Source: an uncultured Chloroflexia bacterium
Lineage (GTDB): Bacteria > Chloroflexota > Limnocylindria > Limnocylindrales > CSP1-4
DNA: 64,000 nt
Assembly: GCA_963778815.1 (NCBI GenBank)
Contig: CAVZVS010000003.1
Location: 320,054-384,053, forward strand
Direction of reading: 5' to 3'
Under the pieces are notes generated by a model, which was not told the origin of the DNA, ran no database searches, and was given only the letters and a program-made list of their open reading frames with translations. Position 1 is the stretch's first letter. Each line of letters opens with the position of its first letter. The position numbers were made by a program, and so were the translations under genes. This document shows positions 34,394 to 43,119 of this stretch, in pieces.

Positions 34394-34957
34394 CTAGCGG
34401 AGCTGGACGTTCGGGACCTGGTCCGCCTCGGGCTCGGCATCGAAGAAGTCGCGCTTGAGGAAGCCCATGATCCCGGCGATCAGGACGGCCGGGAAGGTCT
34501 GGATCCCGGTGTTGTAGTCGAGCACGGTCGCGTTGTAGTGCTGGCGCGAGAAGCCGATCTGGTTCTCGGTGGTGGTCAGCTGCTCCTGGAGGGCCAGGAC
34601 GTTCTCGTTGGCCTTGAGGGTCGGGTAGTTCTCGACGACGGCGAACAGCGAGCGCAGGGCTCCGGTGAGGACATTCTCGGCCTGGGCCTGTTCGGCCGTG
34701 CCCTTGGCACCGGCGGCGATGGCTCCGGCCCGGGCTTCGGTGACCTTGGTCAGGACGTCCTGCTCGAAGTCCATGTAGCCCTTGACCGCGTTGACCAGGT
34801 TCGGGATCAGGTCGTGCCGGCGCTTGAGCTGGACCTCGATCTGAGCGAGCGCCTCGTCGACCCGATTGCGCTTTCCGACCAGCCCGTTGTACAGGACGAT
34901 CAGGAAACCGACGATCGCCACGACGACGATGACGATGATGATCAGGAGCGGTGTCAT
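34394..34957 (-). CDS. lemA: LemA family protein
   Basis: From the ATG at 34957 (GGAGGAGG Shine-Dalgarno): MTPLLIIIVIVVVAIVGFLIVLYNGLVGKRNRVDEALAQIEVQLKRRHDLIPNLV...YNTGIQTFP. These are LemA hallmarks. The upstream part of the ORF runs into a tRNA gene and I discarded it. Confidence 0.9.
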   Translation of the reverse strand: MTPLLIIIVIVVVAIVGFLIVLYNGLVGKRNRVDEALAQIEVQLKRRHDLIPNLVNAVKGYMDFEQDVLTKVTEARAGAIAAGAKGTAEQAQAENVLTGALRSLFAVVENYPTLKANENVLALQEQLTTTENQIGFSRQHYNATVLDYNTGIQTFPAVLIAGIMGFLKRDFFDAEPEADQVPNVQLR

Positions 34958-35041
34958 GGTCCTCCTCCGGGTCGCGCGACAGGGCACGCCTCGCAACGAG
35001 TCTAGCAGGGCCTGTGCGGACGTCCCCTGGACCGCTGGGAA

Positions 35042-35118
35042 TGGTGGGCGGTGAGGGACTCGAACCCCCGACATCCTCGGTGTAAGCGAGGCGCTCTGAC
35101 CGACTGAGCTAACCGCCC
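35042..35118 (-). tRNA. tRNA-Val (anticodon TAC), CCA encoded
   Basis: GGGCGGTTAGCTCAGTCGGTCAGAGCGCCTCGCTTACACCGAGGATGTCGGGGGTTCGAGTCCCTCACCGCCCACCA. The anticodon loop is CTTACAC. Confidence 0.9.
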
Positions 35119-35189
35119 GGGCAGAGGCAGGATAGCGCCCCGAATCAGAACGGCGGTCCAGTGGACCGCCGTCGGGATCAGTGCGGGAG

Positions 35190-35274
35190 TGGTGCCCAGG
35201 CCGGGACTTGAACCCGGATGAGTTGCCTCATACGCCCCTCAAACGTACGCGTATACCAATTCCGCCACCTGGGC
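35190..35274 (-). tRNA. tRNA-Leu (anticodon GAG), type II, CCA encoded
   Basis: GCCCAGGTGGCGGAATTGGTATACGCGTACGTTTGAGGGGCGTATGAGGCAACTCATCCGGGTTCAAGTCCCGGCCTGGGCACCA. The anticodon loop is TTGAGGG and there is a long variable arm. Confidence 0.88.
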
Positions 35275-35306
35275 ATCGAACGCTGTCCTGAAGCTCGGTC
35301 GAGGGG

Positions 35307-35393
35307 TGGTACCGAGGAAGGGATTTGAACCCATACGCCCTTGCGGACACTAGCTCCTGAAGCTAGCGCGTCTACCGATTCCGCCACCTCGGC
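35307..35393 (-). tRNA. tRNA-Leu (anticodon CAG), type II, CCA encoded
   Basis: GCCGAGGTGGCGGAATCGGTAGACGCGCTAGCTTCAGGAGCTAGTGTCCGCAAGGGCGTATGGGTTCAAATCCCTTCCTCGGTACCA. The anticodon loop is TTCAGGA. Confidence 0.9.
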
Positions 35394-35420
35394 GAGAGTC
35401 CAGCCAACGGAAGATCACGC

Positions 35421-37232
35421 TCAACCGCCGCCAGCGAGGCGCCATGATAGCACGTCCCAGAATCGGTCACTGGGGTCCCCCAGTTCACGGATGACTGGTC
35501 CGCTGAGCCGATCCGACATCACCACCAGCTCGTCCCGGAAGGCCAGGGGCAGGATGTAATTCTTGCTCGCCAGGCGGGCCTGGAGCTTGGCGTAGGCGGC
35601 CTTGCGGGCCGCGTCCGTGCCCGGCGCTCGGGCATGGATCAGGTCGCGATCGAGGTTGACATCCTGGATCCCCGTGAAGTTGGATCCGCCCTTGGTCACC
35701 TGGGTCGAAGCGAGCAGCGGATAGAGGTCGGGATCGAGCCCGATGTTGACGTCGATGGCCGCCGCCTGGAACTTGCCCGCCCGAAGCCGCTCCTGGACGA
35801 ACTCCGCCGGCGGCAGGCCGGTCACAGTCGTCTGCAGACCGAACTTGCGCCAGGCCGCCGCGACCGCCTCAGCGGCCGCCATCGCGGTCGGATTGGTCGC
35901 CTTGTCGGGCGAGATCAGCTCCATCTGGTAGGGCTTCTTCGAACCGGCCACGGCCCAGCCACCGGGCAGGTGCTTCCAGCCGGCAGCCTTGAAGTCGGCG
36001 GTCGCCTGCTTGAGGTTGAACTTGACCGCCTTGCTCGACTTCTGGTCGAACGCCCACGACGACGGCGGGACGAGCGAGTCGGCCCGGGTCGCCGCCCCAC
36101 CGAAGACGTCGTCGATCAAGGCGGTCCGGTCGATGGCCGCCAGCAGGCCGTGACGGACGAGCGGCGTCCGGAGCTCACCGTTTCCAGGCCGCAGGTTGAG
36201 GGCGATCGCCGTCAGGGTCGTCCGCGGATACTTCAGGAGGTGATCGCCCGGCAGTGCGGCCAGCTGGTTGGCCAGGTCGGGCGGCAGCCCCGAAGCGGCG
36301 TCAAGGCCACCCGCCCGGTAGGCGTCGGCCAGTGCCGGTGCGTCCGGGAAGAACGACATCTCGATGCCGGGCAGCTGATCACCCGCCTGGTCGGTCGGCG
36401 TCCTGGCCGAGGGACCGGGCACTGGCGATGACGAAGATGGGTCGGGCGCGGCCGAAGCGTCGGCTGCCGTGGCGTCGGGCGTCGGGTCCGGGGCGACGCT
36501 CGGATCGACCGCCGGCGTGTCTGCCGCGCTGGCCGGCACGAGGCTCGCCGACTCGGCGTTCCAGGAAACCAGGACGAACGGACCCGAGCCCACCGGCTGG
36601 AGGTTGAATGGATCGTCGGCCAGGGTCTCGACCGGTGCCTGGCTCAGCAGATGGGCAGGCAGCAGGCCGACCGTCGCGGCCTGGAGGAAGCCGCCGATCG
36701 GGGTCTTGAGCTCGAACTTGACGGTCTTGTCGTCGACCGCCGTGGCGCTGACCTCGCGCCAGGATGCCGCCAGCGGGCCTGTGTAGCTCGGGTTCTTGAG
36801 GATGTCGACGGTGAACACCACGTCCGCTGCGGTGACCGGTTCGCCGTCGTGCCAGGTCGCGTCGTCGCGGATCGTAAAGGTCCAGGTCTTGCCCTTGTCG
36901 TCGACCGTCCAGCCTGAGGCCAGATCGGGTCGATATGTGCCGTCCGGCCCGAGGGCGACGAGTCCGCTGAAGATGAGCGAGACAAGGTCGCGATCAGCCT
37001 GGGTCCGCGCCGTCAGCGGATTGATCGAGCTGGGCCGACCGACCGTCCCTTCGCGATAGACGACGTCGGCTGCCCCCGGCGGCGGGACGCTTGCCGACGG
37101 CTCGGCGCTAGGCCTCGCACTCGGCTGGGTCTGGGCGGTCTCGCTCGACGCGCCGGGCAAGCCGACCGCGATGGCGAGGACGACGAGCAGGGCGCCGAGC
37201 ACAGCCACGATCCCGCGGTCGCGATTGGTCAA
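35421..37232 (-). CDS. ABC transporter substrate-binding protein, family 5 (peptide/nickel type), with a low-complexity insert
   Basis: 603 aa. After a signal/TM anchor comes the SBP_bac_5-type N-terminus (INPLTARTQADRDLVSLIFSGLVALGPDGTYRPDLASGWTVDDKGKTWTFTIRDDATWHDGEPVTAADVVFT). No permease or ATPase genes are adjacent. Confidence 0.8.
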   Translation of the reverse strand: MTNRDRGIVAVLGALLVVLAIAVGLPGASSETAQTQPSARPSAEPSASVPPPGAADVVYREGTVGRPSSINPLTARTQADRDLVSLIFSGLVALGPDGTYRPDLASGWTVDDKGKTWTFTIRDDATWHDGEPVTAADVVFTVDILKNPSYTGPLAASWREVSATAVDDKTVKFELKTPIGGFLQAATVGLLPAHLLSQAPVETLADDPFNLQPVGSGPFVLVSWNAESASLVPASAADTPAVDPSVAPDPTPDATAADASAAPDPSSSSPVPGPSARTPTDQAGDQLPGIEMSFFPDAPALADAYRAGGLDAASGLPPDLANQLAALPGDHLLKYPRTTLTAIALNLRPGNGELRTPLVRHGLLAAIDRTALIDDVFGGAATRADSLVPPSSWAFDQKSSKAVKFNLKQATADFKAAGWKHLPGGWAVAGSKKPYQMELISPDKATNPTAMAAAEAVAAAWRKFGLQTTVTGLPPAEFVQERLRAGKFQAAAIDVNIGLDPDLYPLLASTQVTKGGSNFTGIQDVNLDRDLIHARAPGTDAARKAAYAKLQARLASKNYILPLAFRDELVVMSDRLSGPVIRELGDPSDRFWDVLSWRLAGGG

Positions 37233-37302
37233 TGTATCCGCCTCCGACGGGCGTTCACTCGGCGTTGCCTGACCGTTCGCCCGCGAGCGGGCGGCGAAGT
37301 CG

Positions 37303-37536
37303 TCAGGCGGCCGGCGTCGTGAACAGCGCGAATGAGGCCAGCGAGAACAGGACGAACAGGGTCATCAACAGGATGGTGAACTGCCACAGTCGCTTCTCGA
37401 CGCCGCGCCGACTCCGGTACACCGCGTTGTCACCGCCGAACGCGCCGGACAGACCCGTGCCTCGAGCCTGGAGCAGGATCGAGATCATCAAGGCGATGCC
37501 GACCACGATCTGGCCGATGGCGAAAAGCGGATTCAC
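37303..37536 (-). CDS. secG: Preprotein translocase subunit SecG
   Basis: 77 aa: MNPLFAIGQIVVGIALMISILLQARGTGLSGAFGG...LWQFTILLMTLFVLFSL. This is the typical two-TM SecG. Confidence 0.88.
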   Translation of the reverse strand: MNPLFAIGQIVVGIALMISILLQARGTGLSGAFGGDNAVYRSRRGVEKRLWQFTILLMTLFVLFSLASFALFTTPAA

Positions 37537-39164
37537 GGACGCTCTGACCTCAGGGTTGAAGGGCGGTCGGATGGTAGCACAGGCTCAAGCAGGGAGGTTC
37601 CGACGACGCCCGGCCAGGTCGACAGGCCGGCCAGCTCGAGGACGGTCGGGGTCACGTCGGCCAGGACGCCGTCATGGAGGCGTTGGCCTTCCAGGGTGCG
37701 ACCCAGCGCCAGGAACGGGACGGGGTTGAGCGAGTGGGCCGTGATCGGGGCGCCGCTCGGATCGCGCATCGCATCGGCGTTGCCGTGATCGGCGGTGACC
37801 AGCAGGACCGCACCGGGGGCGGCCGGGTCGTCACGGTCGACGCCCTCGACGGCGGCCGCGACCCGACCAAGACAGCTGTCGATGGTCGCCAGAGCGCGCA
37901 GGGTCGCCGCCCAGGCCCCCGTGTGTCCGACCATGTCCGGGTTGGCGTAGTTGGCCACGATCAGGTCGTAGGTCCCGGATCCGATCGCCTCCACCAACGC
38001 ATCCGTGACCCCCGCTGCGCTCATCTCCGGCTGGAGGTCGTAGGTGGCGACCTTCGGGCTCGGGATCAGGAGCCGATCCTCGCCCGGCCACGGCGCCTCC
38101 CGGCCGCCGTTGAAGAAGTAGGTGACGTGGGCGTACTTCTCGGTCTCGGCGACGTGGAACTGGCGCCATCCGGCCGCCGAGACAGCGCCGGCCAACGAGG
38201 GCACCTCGCCCGGCGGGAAGGCCACCGCCACCGGCAAGCCGCCCTCGTACTCGGTCATCGTGACGACCAGCACGTCGCGCGGTGCCGCCGAACCCCCGGG
38301 GCCGGAACGGTCGAACGCGGCGAAGTCCCGATCGGCCAGGGCGTGGGTCAGCTGGCGCGCACGGTCGGCCCGGAAGTTGGCGTGGACGATCGGATCGCCG
38401 TCGCGTACCCGCCCGTCGAGGCCGTCGATGACCGTCGGCCGGACGAATTCGTCGGTCTCGCCCCGGGCGGCCGCCGCCGTGATCGCCGCCGCTGCACTCG
38501 GCGCATGCTCCCCCAGCCCGTGGACGATGGCGGCGTAACCCAGCGCGATCCGCTCCCAGCGCCCGTCGCGATCCATCGCGTAATAGCGCCCACCGACGGT
38601 CGCGATGCGGGCGTCGGGATGAGCCGCGCCGAGGCGGGACTCGAGATCCGCCACGAACCCTGCCGCCGAGCTCGGCGGAGTGTCGCGCCCATCGAGCAGC
38701 GCGTGGACGCGGACTTCGGGCACGCCCTGCTGGGCGGCCAGACCGGCCAGCGCCACGAGATGGCGGTCATTGGCATGCACGCCGCCTGGTCCGATCAGGC
38801 TGACGACGTGGAGGCGCCCGCCGGGTCGAGCGGCGCGCTGGCAGGCGGCGATGAGCGCCGGCCGGATGAAGAACGAGCCATCTGCCAGGGCCGCATCGAT
38901 CCGGGGCAGGTCCTGGAGGACCGGCTGGCCGGTGCCCAGGTTCAGGTGGCCAACCTCCGAGTTGCCCATCTGCCCCGGCGGCAACCCGACGGCTCCCTCG
39001 GACGCGCCCAGGACGGCGTGCGGCCAGCGCTCGACTAGGCCACGCCAGATGGGCATCGGCGCCGCGGAAACGGCGTCGGAGGCGGGGTCGCCGCCGCCCA
39101 GCCCGAACCCGTCGAGAACGACCAGGACGATCGGTCGGGGTCGTCGGGTCGGTCGGTCGGTCAC
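37533..39164 (-). CDS. gpmI: 2,3-bisphosphoglycerate-independent phosphoglycerate mutase
   Basis: 543 aa with VLVVLDGFGLG, GNSEVGHLNLGTG, DGRDTPP, YANPDMVGHTG and TADHGNA, the iPGM signature motifs. Confidence 0.92.
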   Translation of the reverse strand: MTDRPTRRPRPIVLVVLDGFGLGGGDPASDAVSAAPMPIWRGLVERWPHAVLGASEGAVGLPPGQMGNSEVGHLNLGTGQPVLQDLPRIDAALADGSFFIRPALIAACQRAARPGGRLHVVSLIGPGGVHANDRHLVALAGLAAQQGVPEVRVHALLDGRDTPPSSAAGFVADLESRLGAAHPDARIATVGGRYYAMDRDGRWERIALGYAAIVHGLGEHAPSAAAAITAAAARGETDEFVRPTVIDGLDGRVRDGDPIVHANFRADRARQLTHALADRDFAAFDRSGPGGSAAPRDVLVVTMTEYEGGLPVAVAFPPGEVPSLAGAVSAAGWRQFHVAETEKYAHVTYFFNGGREAPWPGEDRLLIPSPKVATYDLQPEMSAAGVTDALVEAIGSGTYDLIVANYANPDMVGHTGAWAATLRALATIDSCLGRVAAAVEGVDRDDPAAPGAVLLVTADHGNADAMRDPSGAPITAHSLNPVPFLALGRTLEGQRLHDGVLADVTPTVLELAGLSTWPGVVGTSLLEPVLPSDRPSTLRSERP

Positions 39165-39166
39165 CC

Positions 39167-39961
39167 CTACCCGCCGCTCCGGGCGGCGGCGGTCAGTCCG
39201 GCCCGAGCAACGATCCCGGCCATCTCATCGGGCTTGAGCGAGGCACCGCCGACGAGAGCGCCATCGATCGCGGCCTCGGCCAGGAACTCGCCGATGTTGG
39301 CGGCCGTGACGCTGCCGCCGTAAAGGACGGGGATCGTTTCGGCGAGCTCGGCGCCGAGCCCGCCCTCAGCCAGGGCCCGGCGGACCGTGTCGGCCATCGC
39401 GGCCGCGTCGGCGCCGGTCGCGTTGCGGCCGGTGCCGATGGCCCAGACCGGTTCATAGGCGATGACCATGCCGCTCGCGGCCAGGTCGGCCCGATCCTCG
39501 CCGAAGGCGGCCAGGATGCCTCGGACCTGACCGACGACGACGGCATCGGCCCGACCGGCCTCGCGTTCGGCCAGCTGCTCGCCCACGCAGACGATCGGAC
39601 GAAGGCCCGCGGAGACGGCGCGGCTCAGCTTGCGACCGATGAGCTCGTCGGTCTCACCCGCGTCGCGGCGTCGCTCGGAGTGGCCGAGGATCACCCAACT
39701 AGCCAGCCCAGCGAGCATCGGGGCGCTCGTCTCGCCGGTGAATGCGCCAGTCAGCTCATGGTGGATCGTCTGTGCCCCGACCTGGACACCCGACCCGGCC
39801 AGGGCGTCGCGGACGGCGGCGAGGCAAACGAACGGCGGACAGATGACTCGCTCGACCGGCCCGTCGACCCGGGTCCGGGCGGCGATCGTCGCGGCCAGCT
39901 CGCCCGCATCGGCCGGGGTCGTGTGCATCTTCCAGTTGGCGGCGATGACGACAGGTCTCAT
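39167..39961 (-). CDS. tpiA: Triosephosphate isomerase
   Basis: From the ATG at 39961: MRPVVIAANWKMHT...ILGHSERR...VCVGE...AYEPVWAIGTG...YGGSV. All TIM catalytic motifs are present. Confidence 0.92.
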   Translation of the reverse strand: MRPVVIAANWKMHTTPADAGELAATIAARTRVDGPVERVICPPFVCLAAVRDALAGSGVQVGAQTIHHELTGAFTGETSAPMLAGLASWVILGHSERRRDAGETDELIGRKLSRAVSAGLRPIVCVGEQLAEREAGRADAVVVGQVRGILAAFGEDRADLAASGMVIAYEPVWAIGTGRNATGADAAAMADTVRRALAEGGLGAELAETIPVLYGGSVTAANIGEFLAEAAIDGALVGGASLKPDEMAGIVARAGLTAAARSGG

Positions 39962-39968
39962 GGCCGCA

Positions 39969-40808
39969 TCATGCCAGAGCCTGACGCACATCTCGGGGCC
40001 CGGCCAGCCGCTCGAGTCGCTCCAACGCCCGCTGGACGGTCGAACGGTGCAGGTCGAGCCGGCTGGCCAGCTCGGCGAAGGTCGCCTCGGGCGTCTCTCG
40101 GCGGGCATCGGCCACCATCCGGACCAACCGCGGCTGCTCGGCCAGCCGGCCGTCGGCCTCGAGCAGGTCGATCGCCCGGAGCTGGCGCGATGAGGCGACC
40201 ACAGCACGCTGGAGATTGGCCGATTCGGCGTTGATGACCCGGTTGATATCGCCGCGCATGGCCCGCGCGACCTGCCGGCTTTCGAGCTCCAAGATCGCCG
40301 ATCCGGCCCCGATCCGGCGCAGGAATGTGCCGATCGTGTCGGCGCTCTTCCAGGTCACCACGCCCCGGCCGCGCCGGATCCGCCATGACGCCGGCATCCG
40401 AAGCGAACCAAGGCGGTCGGCCAGGACGACAGCCTCGGCTGGCGCGACGACGAACTCGAGGTGGGCCCGGCCCGAGGCGAGGCTGAGCGAGCCACGGGCC
40501 AGGAAGCGGCCACGTAGCCAGGCCAGGCGGCAATGGTCGGCGGCCCGATCCCAGTCGAACGGCGGAGTGGTCGCGTCAGCTTCCTCGACCCGGACGTGCT
40601 TGGTCCGGCGCCGGGTCGTGAGCAGACGACCCGCCTCGGTCGGCTCGCGGCCGAGCCGGACGGCGAGCCGGGCCACCGACGCCTCGCGGGTGGCCAGGGC
40701 CGTCCCCAGACCGGCCGACTCGGCGTCGCGGTCGCACGCCCGTTGGGGGACGATCGCCGCCAGCTCGGCCCGGATGGCCGTGACCAGGTCGCGATCGGCG
40801 CCGCTCAC
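39969..40808 (-). CDS. whiA: DNA-binding protein WhiA
   Basis: 279 aa. A degenerate LAGLIDADG-like core (LRGRFLARGSLSL...HLEFV) is followed by a C-terminal HTH (ATFAELASRLDLHRSTVQRALERL). It follows yvcK and rapZ, the conserved order. Confidence 0.85.
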   Translation of the reverse strand: MSGADRDLVTAIRAELAAIVPQRACDRDAESAGLGTALATREASVARLAVRLGREPTEAGRLLTTRRRTKHVRVEEADATTPPFDWDRAADHCRLAWLRGRFLARGSLSLASGRAHLEFVVAPAEAVVLADRLGSLRMPASWRIRRGRGVVTWKSADTIGTFLRRIGAGSAILELESRQVARAMRGDINRVINAESANLQRAVVASSRQLRAIDLLEADGRLAEQPRLVRMVADARRETPEATFAELASRLDLHRSTVQRALERLERLAGPRDVRQALA

Positions 40809-42166
40809 GCGGTCCGGGCGACGCTCCCGCCACGACGGCGGGCGGCACCGTCCCGCTCGGCGATCCGGATGATCGCGGCGGCGAGGCGGACGGGGTCGTG
40901 GTGACGCGCATCGGCCGGATCGACCAGGTCATCGAGGATCAGCCGCGGCGGCCGGGTCACGTTCGGCGGCCAGCGCAGGCGGATCGGGTCGCCGTCCTCG
41001 GCCGTTCCGTCAACCGTGGTCAGGCCCGTCCGGTTGTTGGCCAGGACGATGTCGACGATCCCGTTCGAGACGTGTCGCTCGAGCGCTTCGACGTGGTCGG
41101 CCAGGTCGAAGTCGCTGGTCTCGCCCGGCTGGGTGGCCACGTTGCAGACGTAGATCCGGGGCGCCGTCGAGGCCAGGACCGCCGCCCGGATCTCGGGCAG
41201 GAGGAGGGCCGGCAGGACGCTCGTGAACAGGCTGCCGGGGCCGATCACCAGGACGTCCGCCTCGACGATGGCCGCGACCGCGTCGGCCGACGCGTCGACC
41301 CGTTCGGGCATCAGCCAGACCCGCTCGATCCCGCTCGTCGCCCCGATCCGGGACTGGCCCACGACCTCGGTCCCATCGCTCAGGGCGGCGTGCAGGATGA
41401 GCGGCGTCGACGAAGCCGGGACGACCTGCCCGCGGACGGCCAGGACCCGGTTCATCTGGCGGACGCCTTCCTCGAAGTCGCCGTCCTGGACGGCCGTCAT
41501 GGCCGCGATCAGGAGATTGCCGATGGCATGTCCGCCGAGACTCTCGGGCACCTCATCGCCCGGAAAGCGATACTGGAGCAGCCGACCCATCAGCGGCTCG
41601 GCGTCGGCCAGGGCCACGATGCAGTTCCGGATGTCGCCGACCGGAGGGATCCCCAGCTGGTCGCGCAACTTGCCCGACGAGCCGCCGTCGTCGGCCACCG
41701 TCACCACTGCCGTCAGGTTGCTGGTGTGCTCCTTGAGACCGCGCAGCAGGGTCGACAGCCCGGTCCCGCCGCCGAGCGCGACGATCCGCGGCCCGCGGGC
41801 CAGGAAGCGCTTCTGGTAGATCAACTCGACCAGGGGCCGATCCTCGTCATCAGTCCGGTACGGACCGGTCAGGACCCGGACCACCTTCCAGGCCGCGAAG
41901 GCGAAGATGGCCACACCGACCGAGGCCAGGATGACCGCCCGCAGCCAGTAGGGCAGGAACTGGAGGGTGATCGCCGAGACGATCGACTGGATCGGCTCGA
42001 CCAGGTCCACGTCGCGGTAGACCTGGCGCAGGACGAAGGCCAGACCGAAGGCGAGGCCGAGCTCGCCCAGGAAGACGACCAGCAGCCAGCGCTTGATCCC
42101 GATGCCCGGCGTCAGCCAGCGACGCAGGCCGAGGGCGGCCGTCCAGCGACGACGCGGCTCGCTCAT
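40805..42166 (-). CDS. yvcK: YvcK/CuvA-family (UPF0052, CofD-like) protein with an N-terminal membrane anchor
   Basis: 453 aa. About 95 N-terminal residues carry 2-3 TM segments. The core follows: IVALGGGTGLSTLLRGLK...VVTVADDGGSSGKLR...GHAIGNLLIAAM...IGPGSLFTSVLP. Confidence 0.85.
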   Translation of the reverse strand: MSEPRRRWTAALGLRRWLTPGIGIKRWLLVVFLGELGLAFGLAFVLRQVYRDVDLVEPIQSIVSAITLQFLPYWLRAVILASVGVAIFAFAAWKVVRVLTGPYRTDDEDRPLVELIYQKRFLARGPRIVALGGGTGLSTLLRGLKEHTSNLTAVVTVADDGGSSGKLRDQLGIPPVGDIRNCIVALADAEPLMGRLLQYRFPGDEVPESLGGHAIGNLLIAAMTAVQDGDFEEGVRQMNRVLAVRGQVVPASSTPLILHAALSDGTEVVGQSRIGATSGIERVWLMPERVDASADAVAAIVEADVLVIGPGSLFTSVLPALLLPEIRAAVLASTAPRIYVCNVATQPGETSDFDLADHVEALERHVSNGIVDIVLANNRTGLTTVDGTAEDGDPIRLRWPPNVTRPPRLILDDLVDPADARHHDPVRLAAAIIRIAERDGAARRRGGSVARTA

Positions 42167-42170
42167 CCGC

Positions 42171-43094
42171 TCAGGTCTTCTCGAGCTCGCGATGGAAGAC
42201 GGCCACGGTCCCGAAGTCCTGCTCCCTTAGCCAGACCGCCAGCGCCTCGGCGATGGCGATCGAGCGGTGGAAGCCACCGGTGCAGCCGATGCCGATGGTC
42301 AATCGGGTCTTGCCCTCGGACACGTAGGCCGGCACGACGAAGGTCAGGAAGTCCTCGAGATAGGCCAGGAAGCGCTTGGTGGTCGGTTGGTCGAGGACGA
42401 AGGTCTGGACCGCCTCGGTCAACCCGGACGATGTTCGGAGCGCCTCGATGTAGTACGGGTTCTGCATGAATCGGACGTCGAAGACGAGGTCCGCTTCGAG
42501 CGGCAGGCCGTACTTGAAGCCGAAGCTGATGAGCTGGATCCCGAGTCGATCCGGATCGGGCGAGTCGGCCAGGTGGGTGAACAGCCGCTCGCGCAGCTCG
42601 CGCAGAGCCAGATCGCTGGTATCGAGGACCACGTCGGCCTCGTCCCGGATGGGAGCCAGCCGGCGGCGCTCCTCGGCGATCGAGCTGGCGATGCCGCGCT
42701 GGTCGGCCAGCGGGTGACGGTGGCGGGTCTCGGAGAAGCGCCGGATGAGGATCTCGTCGCGGGCCTCGAGGAAGAAGACCTGCGGCCGGATACCCCGTCC
42801 CTCGAGGGCGCCGCGCATCGCGGCCAGGGCCAGGACCGCGTCGCCGGCCCGGACATCGAGCACGATGGCCGTCTTCTCGAACCGCTCCCGGTCGGCCGAG
42901 ACGAGCTCGGCCAGTTCGGGCAAGAGCTCACCGGGCAGGTTGTCGACGCAGGTGTAGCCGAGGTCCTCGAACAGCTTGGTGGCGGCCGTCTTGCCCGCCC
43001 CGGACAGGCCGCTGAGGATGACGACATGGGGGCTCGACGGCGGTTGGGCCGCCACCGCCGGGTCGGACGGGTCGAGGGAACCGGGGCCGCTCAT
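42171..43094 (-). CDS. rapZ: RNase adapter / nucleotide-binding protein RapZ (YvcJ)
   Basis: 307 aa with VVILSGLSGAGKTAATKLFEDLGYTCVDNLP (P-loop) and the C-terminal GCTGGFHRS motif. Confidence 0.9.
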   Translation of the reverse strand: MSGPGSLDPSDPAVAAQPPSSPHVVILSGLSGAGKTAATKLFEDLGYTCVDNLPGELLPELAELVSADRERFEKTAIVLDVRAGDAVLALAAMRGALEGRGIRPQVFFLEARDEILIRRFSETRHRHPLADQRGIASSIAEERRRLAPIRDEADVVLDTSDLALRELRERLFTHLADSPDPDRLGIQLISFGFKYGLPLEADLVFDVRFMQNPYYIEALRTSSGLTEAVQTFVLDQPTTKRFLAYLEDFLTFVVPAYVSEGKTRLTIGIGCTGGFHRSIAIAEALAVWLREQDFGTVAVFHRELEKT

Positions 43095-43119
43095 CGAGCG
43101 CAGTCTACGCCGCGGCCGC

